Under the pieces are notes generated by a model. That model searched no databases. It saw only the letters and a list, made by a program, of their open reading frames with translations, and was not told the origin of the DNA. Both the position numbers and the translations under genes were made by a program. A stretch of DNA of 64,000 bases from NCBI GenBank assembly GCA_964276515.1, contig OZ193909.1, positions 682,001 through 746,000 of the forward strand, given 5' to 3'. Position 1 is the stretch's first letter. Every line of letters begins with the position of its first letter. Positions 1-13,514 of this stretch are shown here, piece by piece. Source of the DNA: Gordius albopunctatus. Taxonomy: Eukaryota.

Positions 1-244
1 TTTGCCTTTTATAGCTTATAAAGTTTCATATGATAATTTATAATATTGTTAAATATTAAGTTTGTCTTTTATAGCTTATAAAGCTTCATAAACAAATTTA
101 TAAGGTAAATGTGTTTTTACAGAGATTTTTATGTTGAAATCATTAATTTAAATGCTTTATTAATATAAAGGTGTCACATAAACTTGACAATCATGAAATG
201 GAATTAAGATTTAAATTTATTGCATATAAATATAATATCATGTT

Positions 245-906
245 GGTTCTAGAGTCCTTAATGAAATCAGGTCTTTGAATAAAAGATGAAAACCAATCAG
301 CATCTGCATATTCACATTCTACCCATGAATTAGGCATTGATAAATTAAACTATACTTCCGTTTGATAAGCCAAATACCTAACCTTAACAAATTTGACCAT
401 ATATTGATAAAATACTTATTTATTTTCATTTCATTATCTCGTACAAATTTGTTTTACATTTGTAAGTTTGCACCATTTCAAATGAATGAATGAATGAATG
501 AATGAATTAGAGATATTATAGCCCCGCTCTCAATAGCCCCGTGGTTAAAAAAAATTTTGCGAGTTGATTTGAGATAGTCATCTTTAAAAAAATTATATAT
601 TTTAATTTAATTATTATAGAAAAATTCACACTTTTTAACCTAAAATAAGTTTGGAACTGAAACATTATATACTTTTAAAGTTATTAGCAAAATAGAAAAA
701 ATAAAAAAGGAGCTTTTAGCCCCCAAAAGTCTTATTTTTACTATAATTTTTTTCCACTAAATTTTTTAAATTTTTTTTTATACCTGGGATGCGTCTATAA
801 AACGTACATATAATATATAAATTTGACTGGGTACAAATCAATAGCTTGGAAATTATTTGAGAGGATACGTATAGCTTTGGGCTACGTATAGCCCCGGTCT
901 CCCCTA
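245..906 (-). mobile_element. Decayed pogo/Tigger-like (DDE_1, CENP-B HTH) DNA transposon 5' part
   Basis: Minus-strand terminus ta|ggggagaccggggc at about 906-891. Degenerate translation MVQTYKCKTN (from 476) and KVRYLAYQ..*FNLSMPNSWVECEYADADWFSSFIQR (about 385-270) resembles the LAYQ...P.SW...AG.DW..F..R HTH region; contains stops and frameshifts. Confidence 0.55.
481..507. repeat. (AATG)n microsatellite
   Basis: Six perfect aatg units plus a partial unit. Confidence 0.9.
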
Positions 907-2645
907 AATATTTTTGGGCATAATGGGGGTACTACATTATAATACAATCAGTAACTTTTTAAATGTAAAGCTATATTTATATATATGTGCAAAACCTCAA
1001 ATCTCTGATGTTCTTATCCCAAGAACAATGCTACGTTTTAATGTGCAGCCATGGGCGTAGCCAGAGAAGGGCAGCTGCCCTTCTCTAAATCCAAGAATTT
1101 GTTTAAAATGTATTGAAAAAATGATGGCTAAAACTTAAAAAAATGCTCATTTTGCCCCTCGCTAAGTCATTATTGCACCCTTTAATTCCAATACTGTCTG
1201 TGCCCATGTCTGTAACTAACTACTTGTGTGTTATAAATAATGATGAAAAGTATCCACTCATACTATTCAGGTTTGTACAACAATATAATGGACATGAAAT
1301 GAATTGCTTGGGCACAAATTTATAATAAGGTTATAAGACTGCTAATAAAACGCTTGCCTTAAATTATTTATCTAAAGGCATTACAGCTTTTGGATTCGGG
1401 CGGAGCGAAAATGTTTTAATTTCAAGTGGGGGGAAGGGACAGAACATTAACTTTATTTTTAAGGGTTTTTATATTGAAAATAAATTTTTTTTGTCATTGA
1501 CCCTATCGGCTATGCCAATGAAAGCAACTAATGATCTCATCTTGTACAAATATCAAATGAAATGTTTATAGAGGTTTTTAATAAAAATGCTTCGCCATTT
1601 TTATTTTTTCAAATTTATATTTCTTTATAAAATAATATAAATAATTTAGGGTAAAAAATAAGATAGCATAAAAAAATTCAAAGTCGAAATTTTTCGGCGA
1701 GACTGATATTTTTTAGCCGAGACGAGTTCGAGATTTTTAGAATGACGCCGGAGACGAGATGAGATTTTGCTTTCGAGACGGAAACGAAACGAGATCGATT
1801 GTTAAAGTATTTGTCCATTATAAATTTACTATTATTACATCTAAATAGCAATACTAGTGAGCAGGAATATTATTAAAATTTTCCCCAACCTTAAACTATA
1901 GATATTTTACTTAAACTTACCTCCCCGGTAAAAAAAGCTATAATTTTAAATGCAAAAAGAGTTGTAAGTGAGGAATCAATTAGCTTTGTTTCAATCGTGT
2001 TTCGATTTCAATTAATATTGGTGCTATTCTTTATTGAGTTTATGACAAAACTTAACTAAGTCAATGCTCAAACCCCTTTAATTGAATTTCAAAAGTTTGA
2101 CATTCATATTGGTCTTCTAATCTCGATGGTAAGGAAAGTGCCTATATAGGTATTGCCCTCACCAATACCATCAATAACGCTTCGGCCAAACCAATTTCTC
2201 TGAAACTATTTTTACTGCGTCTCATTATGCTATAGATAGCAAAACGATAAAAATTATGAAAAAATTGCCTACTTTCGGAAATAAAGAGTTGTCACTAACA
2301 GGTTACACCGGGAGACGTAAAAATACGCAAGTTTAAAAATGTTATTAAATGGCTAAGATAAGTGAAACAAATTAGTTAAATTATATTGGAACGACGACCA
2401 ATAATAAATGTGATGTCTGATTGTCATAAAATCATTGTTGCTTTGTTGCATACAACGCGGCCCCGTTCACCACACTCTTTTGTAGATGACTGTCTATAGT
2501 GTCTGGTAATTATAGGAATATTAGTAAATTTAGACAATTTCTATTTTCAACTGCAGAGTTCAATGATTTCTTTGTTAAGACCCTAGAGCTGTGGATTGTT
2601 GAAGGATATATAGTTTTTTTTAACTAAATCACTAAAAATTTTACA

Positions 2646-3320
2646 CCCAGAGTAACCTGTAGATGATGTTTAACCTTAAGAAATTTTTAATACTAAAGTA
2701 CTTAAATTTAATATCAAATTGCAGAAATTTTATGGTTGAGTATACATAAATATCAAAAAAAGACGGGTCGGAATTGTATTTTTAAGATTTTTGGACGAGA
2801 ATAATTCACGAATCTAGTTTTGTTAATATGCTCGCATGGTTTTAGTCGACTAAACAACAATGAACCAACGATCTTTTGATCTGTTTTTTCAGCTTTAAAT
2901 ATTTGCTCATGGTATATTCATGGAGTGTGGGGAATGGTGGAGGGGCAAAGTTTTTAATTTATTTGGGATATACTATGAGCAGATATTGAAAGTTACTAAC
3001 TGTTAGCAAATGCTTTCTTAAATTTGCTATCTGCTCGGGCAATCTGCACATTGCTTAAGCTCATTTTGCCGCTTCGACTCCACCTCTCGAGCGTTTTTAA
3101 ATGCTACTATACTCCCTCGTGCACCGAGTAGCACGCACAGATTATGCTATAGGCGTTCATAAAACAACACTACACAAACCAAGGAAGAGGAAATATTAAA
3201 TTATATCAGCTGGTTTATCCTATCCTAATCCAATCTTTCGAATTTAATTTAAAAAATGTTTTTAGAAAATTACTTCTTAAGTTGCGTCACCTAGAGGCTA
3301 CACTGGTGCCTGTCGGATTG
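2646..3320. mobile_element. TIR-bounded dispersed repeat (MITE-like); second copy at about 50517-50899
   Basis: Inverted ends ccagagtaacctgtagatga / tcacctagaggctacactgg. About 150 bp at 3175-3320 aligns in reverse to 50517-50680. Confidence 0.55.
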
Positions 3321-3961
3321 ATATATAGAGATATGAATAGAATTTAGTTCTACGGCGCCATCTAGGATTTAACATATTTTTTGAAATTCGTGCATATATG
3401 ATCTAAAGATTTTATGAAAGCGATATAATGGTTAAAATGGGTTGTTAAATATTTTATAATAATGCTGCGTAAATGTTCGAGATACTGGTCGTATGTAGCA
3501 TCACTTGAGATGCGTGAATATATCGTGGTTTGGCAATTTTTTAGTTTATGGTAACTATAGATTAATGATACAACTGTCAAACAGCTGATAATTATTGAGT
3601 TAGGATGGAGGCCGCCATGATGAAATTTTTTGAGAGTTATAAAGTTAGTTTATTGATATACATCTAAACATAATTTATTAAGTACTATAATTATATAATA
3701 ATAATATTAAAAACATTATATGAGTAATATGTCTTCATCTTTCTCTTTTAGATAAGCATACTTATGGAGAGATAATCTTTTTTTTACCATTATCATTTTT
3801 CTAATTTATCACTGTTTTCGAAACCTATCTCAAAATGGCCGTGTAAGTTACTAACTAAATTTTAAGGCAAAAATCAGTGGTGAATTCCAGAGAGATTTTC
3901 TTTCATTGTTTAAACGTGTCATTCGCTACATTTCGACCTTGTATGTCCTTTTTTGTCATAG

Positions 3962-6900
3962 TGGATTCCGGAGGAGCTAATTTACCGAGGCAGGCTCAGG
4001 TATTTCCCGACAAGGAACATTTCGGGCGCATCTTTTACAACCAGGCGCGCATGTCCGCTAAAAACATACCCCAGGTCGTATTATTAACATTATACCCGAG
4101 ATAATTTAGCACACTTGTTTAACAAACAAGTAAATAGCACATTTCTATAAAAGGATTACCCTAGCTAGATGTGTAAGCTAAGCTTCCATACTTTACTATT
4201 GTTTCTGCTATTACTGAGACGGCCTCTCAATTCAATGTTTTTGTATGAGCTGGGATCGTTTGAAAATCCTTGAGATATTGTCATCTTAATTTTTTGACTC
4301 CTTTTTTTCATTTTATATCTTAAACATTCATGGGCCGCCTACCTATTGGGAAAGCCAAAAATTTGATGAAATTTATTAAAATTATGGGGCTAACATTTCA
4401 AAAAAAAGATAATTTTGCCCCCCCCCCACTATTCCCAGTGCTGGTTACGCCCATGTAAACATTTTAACACTCCTTTTTGATTAAATTAATAATGAAAATG
4501 ATTCAAAAGGTAGCGGTTGTGATGGGTAGTTGTACAGCTGGAGGCGCTTACGTCCCCGCTATGGCCGACCAAAATATTATTGTTAAGGGGCAAGGTACCA
4601 TATTCCTCGGTGGACCTCCTTTGGTAAACAATATTTTTGTTATCACCATTATTTTATAATTTGATTTAATTAAATATTTTTGATAAAATTGCGTTGTTTT
4701 TTAAAGGTTAAAGCCGCGACGGGTGAAGAAATATCAGCGGAAGAATTGGGTGGAGCTGATTTACATTGCAGGTTGTATAATATAAGTCTCGGAGATTTTT
4801 CATTTTATCTTCAGCTCCTCATGATTGTTTCCCATTTATTCGTGCACAGTTTTTAAATGATTTAATATTTTATTGAGAGAACCAAACTAATAGGTTATAC
4901 ATTAAAAAGCTCACATATTCCTATTATATTTTATCGGATAAATCTAAGCTAGAAAAATTTCGTACTATTATAAACCGAATTTCTTAACTTGTAAAATACT
5001 AGATAAGCCCGACAAGCGTTGTTTTGCCATATACATTATGTCTGAGAAATTAACTAACTTACTATAAGTGTGTGGGGATTTTTTTTGCAGAAGATTTATC
5101 TAAATTGTAGTTTTGCTTTACAATCGATGCAAAGTAAACGTAAATAACTAATTGCTGGTAAAGAGTTTGTCGGGGAATGCAGGGGAGAGAAAACTTTTTA
5201 TTTATTGTTTCCTGGGGGGTTGTTGATCTATCGGTTATATTTTCTTAACCACTCTTAAATAATACTTTTTTTATCATTCGCATCACTTTGTTATATATGG
5301 AAAAATTAAGACAGAATTACGGTTGATAAATTTTAGCTTTAGCGCCATCTGTACATACTATAAAAAATTTTAAAAGTATTTTAAAAAAAAATAAAAATTT
5401 TAAATAAGAAAATATAAAACTACCAAAAATTTTTTTTCAAAAACTCAACTAATAAAACTGGCAACAAAATTAATGAGCTGCCATTATTATCACATGGCCA
5501 TAGAAGCATATAATTTATTTGGGGACACGACTTTGCTTAAGTCATCTAACAACAATGTACATTATAAGAACGTATTATATAAGAAAAATACAAATGTCAC
5601 ACGTATGGGGGCGATGTGGGATCAAATAAGTCAGACAAATTATCTTAAGTGAATTGGTTTGTCTTATATACACTAAAAATAGTGGGTTCATAAAATCGAT
5701 GACGTGATAAAATTCGTGCCCCATTTCAATATATAAAATGTATAAGTCTAATATTTATTTTTAATAATATTAAATTAATCCTATAAATAAATAATACACA
5801 TTTCTACTTATATCCTAACCTTCCTGACGTCATTATTGTATATGATGCTATAAACTAAACTGGCCGGGAAATGTGCGATATTTTTAAAACTAAAAGGAAT
5901 TTTAGGATTCTGAAAAAGCTATTTTACCCCTGGCCGCCCTGGGCATCTACGACTAAATTTTCGCGCGAATCGGGCCGGTAGTTTCAGAATTTAGCCCTTA
6001 CTTACATACACACATATATACATAGACTTTACTTTATATATATATAGATTATATAACCCAAAAATTTTGAAATTTCACATCAAATTTTTTGATAAACAGA
6101 GTTTCTGGCGTTTCCGATTATCAAGCTGAAAACGATGGAGAAGCATTATCCATTTGCCGGGACGTGGTAAAAGACCTCAATAGACTAGGTATAGTCGATC
6201 AGGGAAGTAAACAGGTAGGCGTGTTAATTTTTTTTTGTTTTACTTTAAATCATATTAATCTTTTAAAATTTTATTTTTTTAAATAAAAAATTACATTTGC
6301 AAGTTTTTTTTGTGTTTTACAACCTAAACTACTAGATGGATGTTGACGTTGATTTTGCCGAACCCGAGTTAGACCCGGGCGAAATTTATTCTATCGTAGG
6401 GACTAACCTGAAGCGCGTTTACGATATTAGAGAGGTTGGTTAAATATACAAATCAAGCTCATAGTATTAAAATTGTGGTTCTAGATGTTTTAGGACCTCT
6501 AATAGTAGTATAAATTTAAATCATTATATATTTACTTAATTTAACTTTGCTGTGACTATTAATTGCTATGCAATTTATTGGATCGCTTTTTGGTGTCCGT
6601 CCGTTGTCCTCCAATTTATTTACACCAGTTTCCCGACTTTGAGGTTCGTGTTCAATCCCGGGAGAGGACAAATTTTTTTAAATTAAATTTATATTTTGTT
6701 CTTGTTAATACCATTGATAATATGACTTTTTGACCGTCCGCTGGCTGCTGACCATTGAAAAAATGACCATTGGCCAAAATTTGAATCGTAATTTTTTCTG
6801 TTTTTTTACTCGTATGTTATTTTAGACCGTCTCTGGGTACTGACCAATAAAAAAAATGACCATTGGCCAAATTGTTTTTAAGTAAAGGCTAAAATTTCAA

Positions 6901-9900
6901 AATGCTCCTCCCAAAATCATTATAAAATACTGAAACAAATTCTTGAATATTTGCTGATCAAAAAACGCCTCTTGCTAAAGTGTTTTAAATCAGTGGTTCT
7001 TAACATTTTTATACCCCCCCCCCAAATATTTTATAATTTTTTAGCCGCTTCCCCATTTTTTTTTCATAAAGATTTATATTTTTTTTCGTTTTTGAATAGG
7101 AATATTAGGTTAACATTAATAATTTTTTTATATGTTGTTTATTTAAACGTAAGAACATTATAAAAACGAAGTGTCAACATTCGAGAAATATAAAAGCGGG
7201 TGTAAAACTAAATAAAAATTATGACCTCCCCTGCAAGGGCTTATGCCTATTTTTTCATAATAATTTATATTTGTTAAATTATCTGTAATATATTGAGTTT
7301 CTATTATTGTTTCGTTTTATTATATAATAAAAATTAAAACTTTTCTGGACCCCCATTTTTATTTTGGTTATTTTAGAGCTTCCCCTCATTTTACATCATA
7401 TACTTTAAAATAAATCAAAATAAACGTGATTTTTTATTAAAAGAATGTTGAAAATGTATTAAAAGCACAAATTGTAAAAGATATCATCAAACAAAAAAAT
7501 ACATTCATTTTTTCTAACAGAAAAAAACTTACGTAAGAGCATTCGTGGGGTAAAATCATACCCCACAAGCCAAAAAGCTTCTATATTTTAAAAAAGTATT
7601 AAGCCAAAACCTATGATATTTTCACCTAACCTAGTTTTTGATAAAAATATTAAACTAAATTGCGTTTTATATTTTAATTTATAATTTTCGTGGGGTATAG
7701 AAAACCCCACGAATACTCTCGCGGGTTATACGAAACAAATTCATTCTATCCAAGTGTATTATATTTAGATACGATACGGGGTTTATAGTGCGCTATTTAT
7801 ATGCCAAGGTTAAACTACATTTTATTACCCAACCTCTATCTTACCCTCTTATCCGCCCACCGCTGACTTGGCATTATTGATATTTCCCCCTTATCATGTA
7901 TGCATATTATTCAAACCTTCTTTTAAAACATTTGCTTTTTATATTTCTACTAACAGTTTGGTCTCCATTACAGAAATAAAACATGAGGTCACTTCAGGGT
8001 TGGAGGGTTAATTAAATTTAAGTTGCTCTACACATTATAAAGGATAGTTAAAATTACCTAAATTCATTTTTATTCGTGATTTAAAATTTTCCAAATTCAC
8101 TTAAATACTCTAGAGGGCCCTTAAATCCAAATTATTTAAGAGTCATATTAAAAAATTCAAAGAGGCAGCAAATTGAATTATACTAGGATTAGCCTAATGG
8201 GCTTAGCCAAATGCGGAGGGCAGGGAGGAGCGGCTGCCCCCCTCTCTAAATCCAATATGCAATTTATGGGCTCACTTTCCATTTTCCGATGTCTTGCCAG
8301 GCACCGAATGTCTTGTCACACTTTTCGTCGTGTTTACCACTGAAACCGCTTGGAAGTATGTTCGATAGCCGGGGAGGCCAATTTTTTTTTTAATTAAATT
8401 GAAAATTTGCATAAATAATTAACTAATCATTTTGCATTTAATACCCCCCTATAGGCAATCTCGCCCATAAATTGCATAGCAAATATGCTATTTTTATACA
8501 GAGTATAGAAGAGTTCCCCCTTCCCTTCCCCTACTCTCATTGCCCCCTTCTCCTTCCCACGAGGGCCGAAGGCCCGAGTTTTTAGTATAGTTTTTTGGTT
8601 TTTCGGGGGGTAATTGTTAAAAGCGATGGGTTTTGTTTGGTGGACCTTTGATCTAAATAAGAGGGACCGTCGTCAACTCTGGTCCGTGCTTCAAATTTCG
8701 ACTAAACCTAGAGGTCGATTTAGAAAAACGGACCAAAAAAATCTTTGGTCTCCTTATGTAGTCGACTAAACAAAACGCATTCGTTTTTACAATACTAGTG
8801 TTATGGAAAAGTCTGATTCTACTTCTTGCGACACTTATAATGATGGTAAAAAAGATTTTAAATTTAGTTTTCAGGGGTTTTGGTGATAGTTTGGCTTACA
8901 AAATAACGAATAATAAATATTACGTTTTGAACACGATTTGTTATTCCTTTAAATTTTTCTTTGATTTAAATTTCATTTTTAGATCATAAAACGAATCGTG
9001 GATTCTAGTCGATTCGATGAATTCAAATGTTCTTACGGGGAAACTATCGTTACCGGTTACTAAATTTTTTATTAATACATTACTTTGTTTTAAATTAAAT
9101 AAGTTTTTCTTAAATATCATATCAACACATATAGTATGTAAAAAAGATTGCGCTGGATTAGTACCATGCCCATCTTCGTTTCAATGAAGGTCTAGAATCC
9201 TTAAAAGGAATTTAAGCTAAGTTTGGTTATTAAAATTTAAATTGCTCGACTTTTTTATGACGGGAGTTTTGAATAGAGAAATGTTTAATTGACCCCTTTA
9301 AAATCCAAATATCTTTTGGCGATGGTCATGACATATTCCTTGTGATTAGAAGTACCTAAAATTTTAGTATCTATTCATATAGAAACAAAAACATTAGATT
9401 GGGCATCATTTAAGGTAAAATCGTTACTACTATTGGCAAATAAAAGCGTATGAGAATTTTAAGTTTTTTGGGGGGTCTACATTTAACAATGCGCGATCTC
9501 ATGTATATTTTTATTGCGCAGGATTCTCTCGTATTCACGGTTACCCTGTCGGTATATTAGGCAATAACGGAGTTCTATTCTCGGAATCCGCTCTCAAAGT
9601 ATTATATTGGATGTGTTTGTAATGCTTAAGACTTGGGCCCCTTCTGTATCTCGAGAAATTTGTTGTTTAAAATTATGGATTCCAATGCTGGCTACTACAC
9701 TCATGGCTAAAGATCATTTAAACCTGAGTTGTGGCAATTATGTTTGATTAATTTATAATTTGGCTTAGATAATTTCCTATGGCCATTCCATGACAAATTA
9801 AAACGTTTTCCACCAACCATCTCAAATATGGATAGTTTTTGGTGAGGGTGTAGGCCTCATATATTATATATGAGCTTTCAAAGGGCCAAAATCACGCTTG

Positions 9901-12370
9901 AGCGCCTTTCATAGATTTCACTATTCTTCTCATATTTTTGAAAGTAATGGCGCTATTCACTTAAAAGAAATTTTCCATCGAGATAATTTAACAAAAACCT
10001 TCAAATTTGGCACTTAATCTTTTTTGGTCAAATTAGTGAAAATTCATAAAAATCTATTCGATCCCATATGAGATAACCAATTTTATAAAGTATACAGATT
10101 ATATATGCATGTCAGAAATTTCGTTTAACGGATTTAAAGTAAGACTTCTCAGCGGAAATACGTTTTTAAATAATCGACTATTTTTATTTAGATTGATAAA
10201 TTTGACGATAAAAAGTTGAAATCATTACCCTCAAAGAACTTTAAAAACGCGAAGAAATTTATTTTATAATTTTTTTATTGGAAGGCGACGCATTTCATTC
10301 AATTGTGCTGCAAGCGGAAAATCCCTTTGATCTTCTTGCAAAACATCACGGGTAAATAATTGGCAGGATTTTTTTATAAAGATTTCATCTTCCCTATAAC
10401 TTTTTTCCATGATATAGATTGACTTTTTATAAATTCAATGGTCATCGTGAGTTTAAAAAAATAGTTAATATCATGGAAAAATATCATCATTTCATTGTTG
10501 TAAAAGGTTTTGTCAGGTTGACCTTTGGTTTCAAACGGACCAAATGATTTTTGGTGTCTGTTTTCCTTAGTCAACCTGTAGGCTTAGTCAAAATTTGAAA
10601 AATGGACCAGAGAAGGTCGCTCAAACAAAAACCAGCGGTAATTACAACTCTAATATTACTCAATACCTACTTATGTCCTAGTTTATTTTGCGAAAAGTAA
10701 ATTTTAATAAATTGCTTTAATTATAAAGTGATTTAAAAAAAATATGGAATTTTAGTGAGAGTATTAAACTGGGAAAATGGACAAATCGTAACAACGTTAT
10801 TTTGAAACCTTAATATCTTAATTTTCACGTAATATTTGGCAAGGTTTTATGGTTGGTAAGAGCGCCGAAGCCGATGGCATCGCCAAGCACGGAGCCAAAA
10901 TGGTAAACGCGGTCGCGTGCGCTCAAGTACCCAAAATAACGGTTATAGTTGGTGGTTCCTATGGAGCGGGAAATTATGGGATGTGTGGGAGAGCTTTTGG
11001 GTTCGTTTCCTCTCGAGTTTTATATAAAAAATTTGAACGATATCCTAAGGAAATCATATAAGTTATGTAAAAATCACCTTTGTCCACAAACAGCGCAGAG
11101 CTTAAAATGATAAAATATCCCATTTTTTGTTTTTTTTATAGTAAAGAAACATAACTAAAGGGTTTTAACCATAGATTAGGTAGACTGCTGATCAACTTTA
11201 AATAACTGTACCCTTTTTCCGCCATTTTGAAATGTGGACAGATAAGGGAAAGACATATAGATAATAATAGTAATTTGAATGTAATGAACTAAACATTAAA
11301 AAGTGCATTTCATGAGATATATTATTTACAAAGTATTCATTTACTACAATAATATTCTTTTTATTAATATATAATGAGGGAGTAAATTAACTTTTTCTGT
11401 TTTAACAACGACGTGCACTGCAGAAAGACGTGGGAGATAGTTAATAAATTCAAAATGGGAAATTAAATTCTACACATTTTACCATATGAAACATGTAGCA
11501 TTAGCAGTTTAGGCACTCTATGGTTATAACCTCGAGGGTCTTCCGTGATTTGTTTTACATCATATAAATTAGGCTAGCATTAACGTTGCTATAATTAATA
11601 AAGTTTTTAATGGTATTTTATATTGTATAATTTCTATTTATACTATAGACCGAGATTTTTGTACATGTGGCCTAATGCTAGGATATCTGTTATGGGAGGC
11701 GACCAGGCTGCTGGTGTATTGTCCGTCGTAGCTTCTGATAAAAAGCTGAGAACCGAAAAAAGATCGCTCTCGCCCGAAGAAATTTCTAAGATTAAGGATC
11801 CGATTGTTGAACAATTTGAATCTGAAGGGCATCCTTACTACTCCACAGCTAGGTTAAAAATATACTCTTTTGGGCTAAACTTATATATGTCCCCTCAAGT
11901 GTGTGTTCATATTAAAAAAGTTATTCTTTATGAAAAAAAATTATACAACTACAAAATAAAATTGCAACACTTTTTATGTTTTTGAAGACTAGGGATAATT
12001 TACGAAACCTAGTAAGTGTTCAGAACTAATTTGAGTAAGAGTAAACCTTTGGTCTTGTTTTATAAAAAGCTCATATTTTATAAAAATTTTAAAATCCTAT
12101 TGTGCAAAGGGACAACATATTTAACAGAATATTTAAAGATGGGTTCAGTTTTAAGACTACTCCTTTAAGTTTGGCAGCCTTAATAAACGATTTTTCCAAA
12201 TAATATCTTGCAAACATGTGAATTCTTAAATTTTAAATGCATTTATCAGGTTATGGGATGATGGAATAATAGATCCTGCACAGACACGGACAATCTTGGC
12301 ACTGAGTTTGGAGATCGCTTTAAATGCCCCGATCCCAGATTGCCCCAATTTTGGCATCTTTAGAATGTGA
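3962..12370 (+). CDS. MCCC2: Methylcrotonoyl-CoA carboxylase beta subunit (5' exons not in window)
   Basis: GT-AG exons at about 3962-4074 ([28 protein letters not shown]), 4510-4623 ([15 protein letters not shown]), 4707-4771, 6100-6214, 6336-6434, 8983-9055, 9522-9598, 10285-10351, 10844-11000 ([15 protein letters not shown]), 11649-11852 and 12250-12370, ending FGIFRM*. Confidence 0.95.
4999..6048 (-). mobile_element. Non-autonomous Helitron in an MCCC2 intron
   Basis: On the minus strand A|TCTATATATATATAAAG...GGCAAAACAACGCTTGTCGGGCTTATCTAG|T: 5' TC, 3' CTAG, insertion between A and T, GC-rich subterminal segment and a (TATG/TGTG)-like microsatellite near the 5' end. Confidence 0.7.
8256..8478. 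mobile_element. MITE with 16-bp perfect TIR tatgcaatttatgggc; related ends near 6567, 52340 and 59605
   Basis: tatgcaatttatgggc ... gcccataaattgcata; interrupts a copy of the G-rich MITE family. Confidence 0.7.
11170..11522. mobile_element. P-superfamily MITE in an MCCC2 intron
   Basis: Ends cataga...actgct / agcagt...tctatg; 8-bp TSD gttttaac/gttataac (7/8). Same CATAGA terminus as the full P element. Confidence 0.7.
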
Positions 12371-13514
12371 GGCTAAAGGAACACTTAAAAATCAAGCGAT
12401 GACAGTATTCGTTAACACTAACCGTGATATAAAATTTATTTGTTAAACACGTTATAAATATCGGTTTAAAGCCGTGATTTATGGGCACAAATCATAACAT
12501 ACTATTTCTCAACGCGCGTTTACCCAAAAAAATATGTGGCGCTTTAGATGTTTTCTGCAAGAACTTTAAGTGAACAAGTGTTGCCACTTTTGTCGATATA
12601 AACGACGGATATGTTTTAAAAATTAAAATGAAACATAGATAACTGATTCTCATCGGAAAGTGAGGAGCATTTCTGACCCAAAATTCCGGCGGATCTAGTA
12701 GTTTAGGGAATGCATATTTAGTATAATGGGCTGGTAACTTTCTCATACTTGAAATATAAGCGAGTCATTTGAGAGACGGGAAAGATTTGCCTTAGGGAAA
12801 GGGGAGGCACGAGCGAAGGGGCTTACCCCCTGTAAATGCCGTCTATTTGATGTTGCGGCTCTTTGACTGAATTGTTGTTTATAAACCCAATCACAATCTT
12901 TATATGACAATTGTCAGGTAGAACAATTTTTTAACTCCTAAGAAAAATTAAATTTGTGAGCTTAAGGTGGTAATAATTGTCTTTTTGTTGTTTGTGGGAC
13001 TAACTAAAACATAATAAATTTATATCAATCAAAATTTAATTTATCACCTTATTTGGTGACAATCGTCATAATTATCGTTTTTAAGCCTAATTCCATTCTT
13101 TTAGCAAAAAATGAAGGATTAGAGTACTAACACGGTATGGACTCTTTAACCGTAAAATGATGGATTAAAATGTCTTAACACAATTTATTGATGACAATTG
13201 TCATTTTGTCGTTTATAGAGTTAATTCCATCCGTTTAGCGAAAATTTATGGATTACAATTTTCTAAATTTATTACAAATACTAAAATTGAATCTACTCAA
13301 CTCCCTGAAATTCAGCCATCCTGCGTTTATTCTTGCCTTAATTTCATTTTCCAATTTAACATTATTAATTTTTAAATAAGATTTTAATTATTTTTCAAAA
13401 TATCATTCAATGCCCACTTGGATTTTTGAGTTCGGATCGAAAGTGAAGCAGACAACTCAAGAAATCTTAAAATTGTGGGGGTTTATATCCAAAACTTACA
13501 CACGTAGAGTGGTT

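Noticed and set aside
1143..1325. Small ORFs overlapping G-rich MITE copies (also 26312, 41957, 61518, 63649)
   Set aside because: Chance ORFs arising from the repeat sequence.
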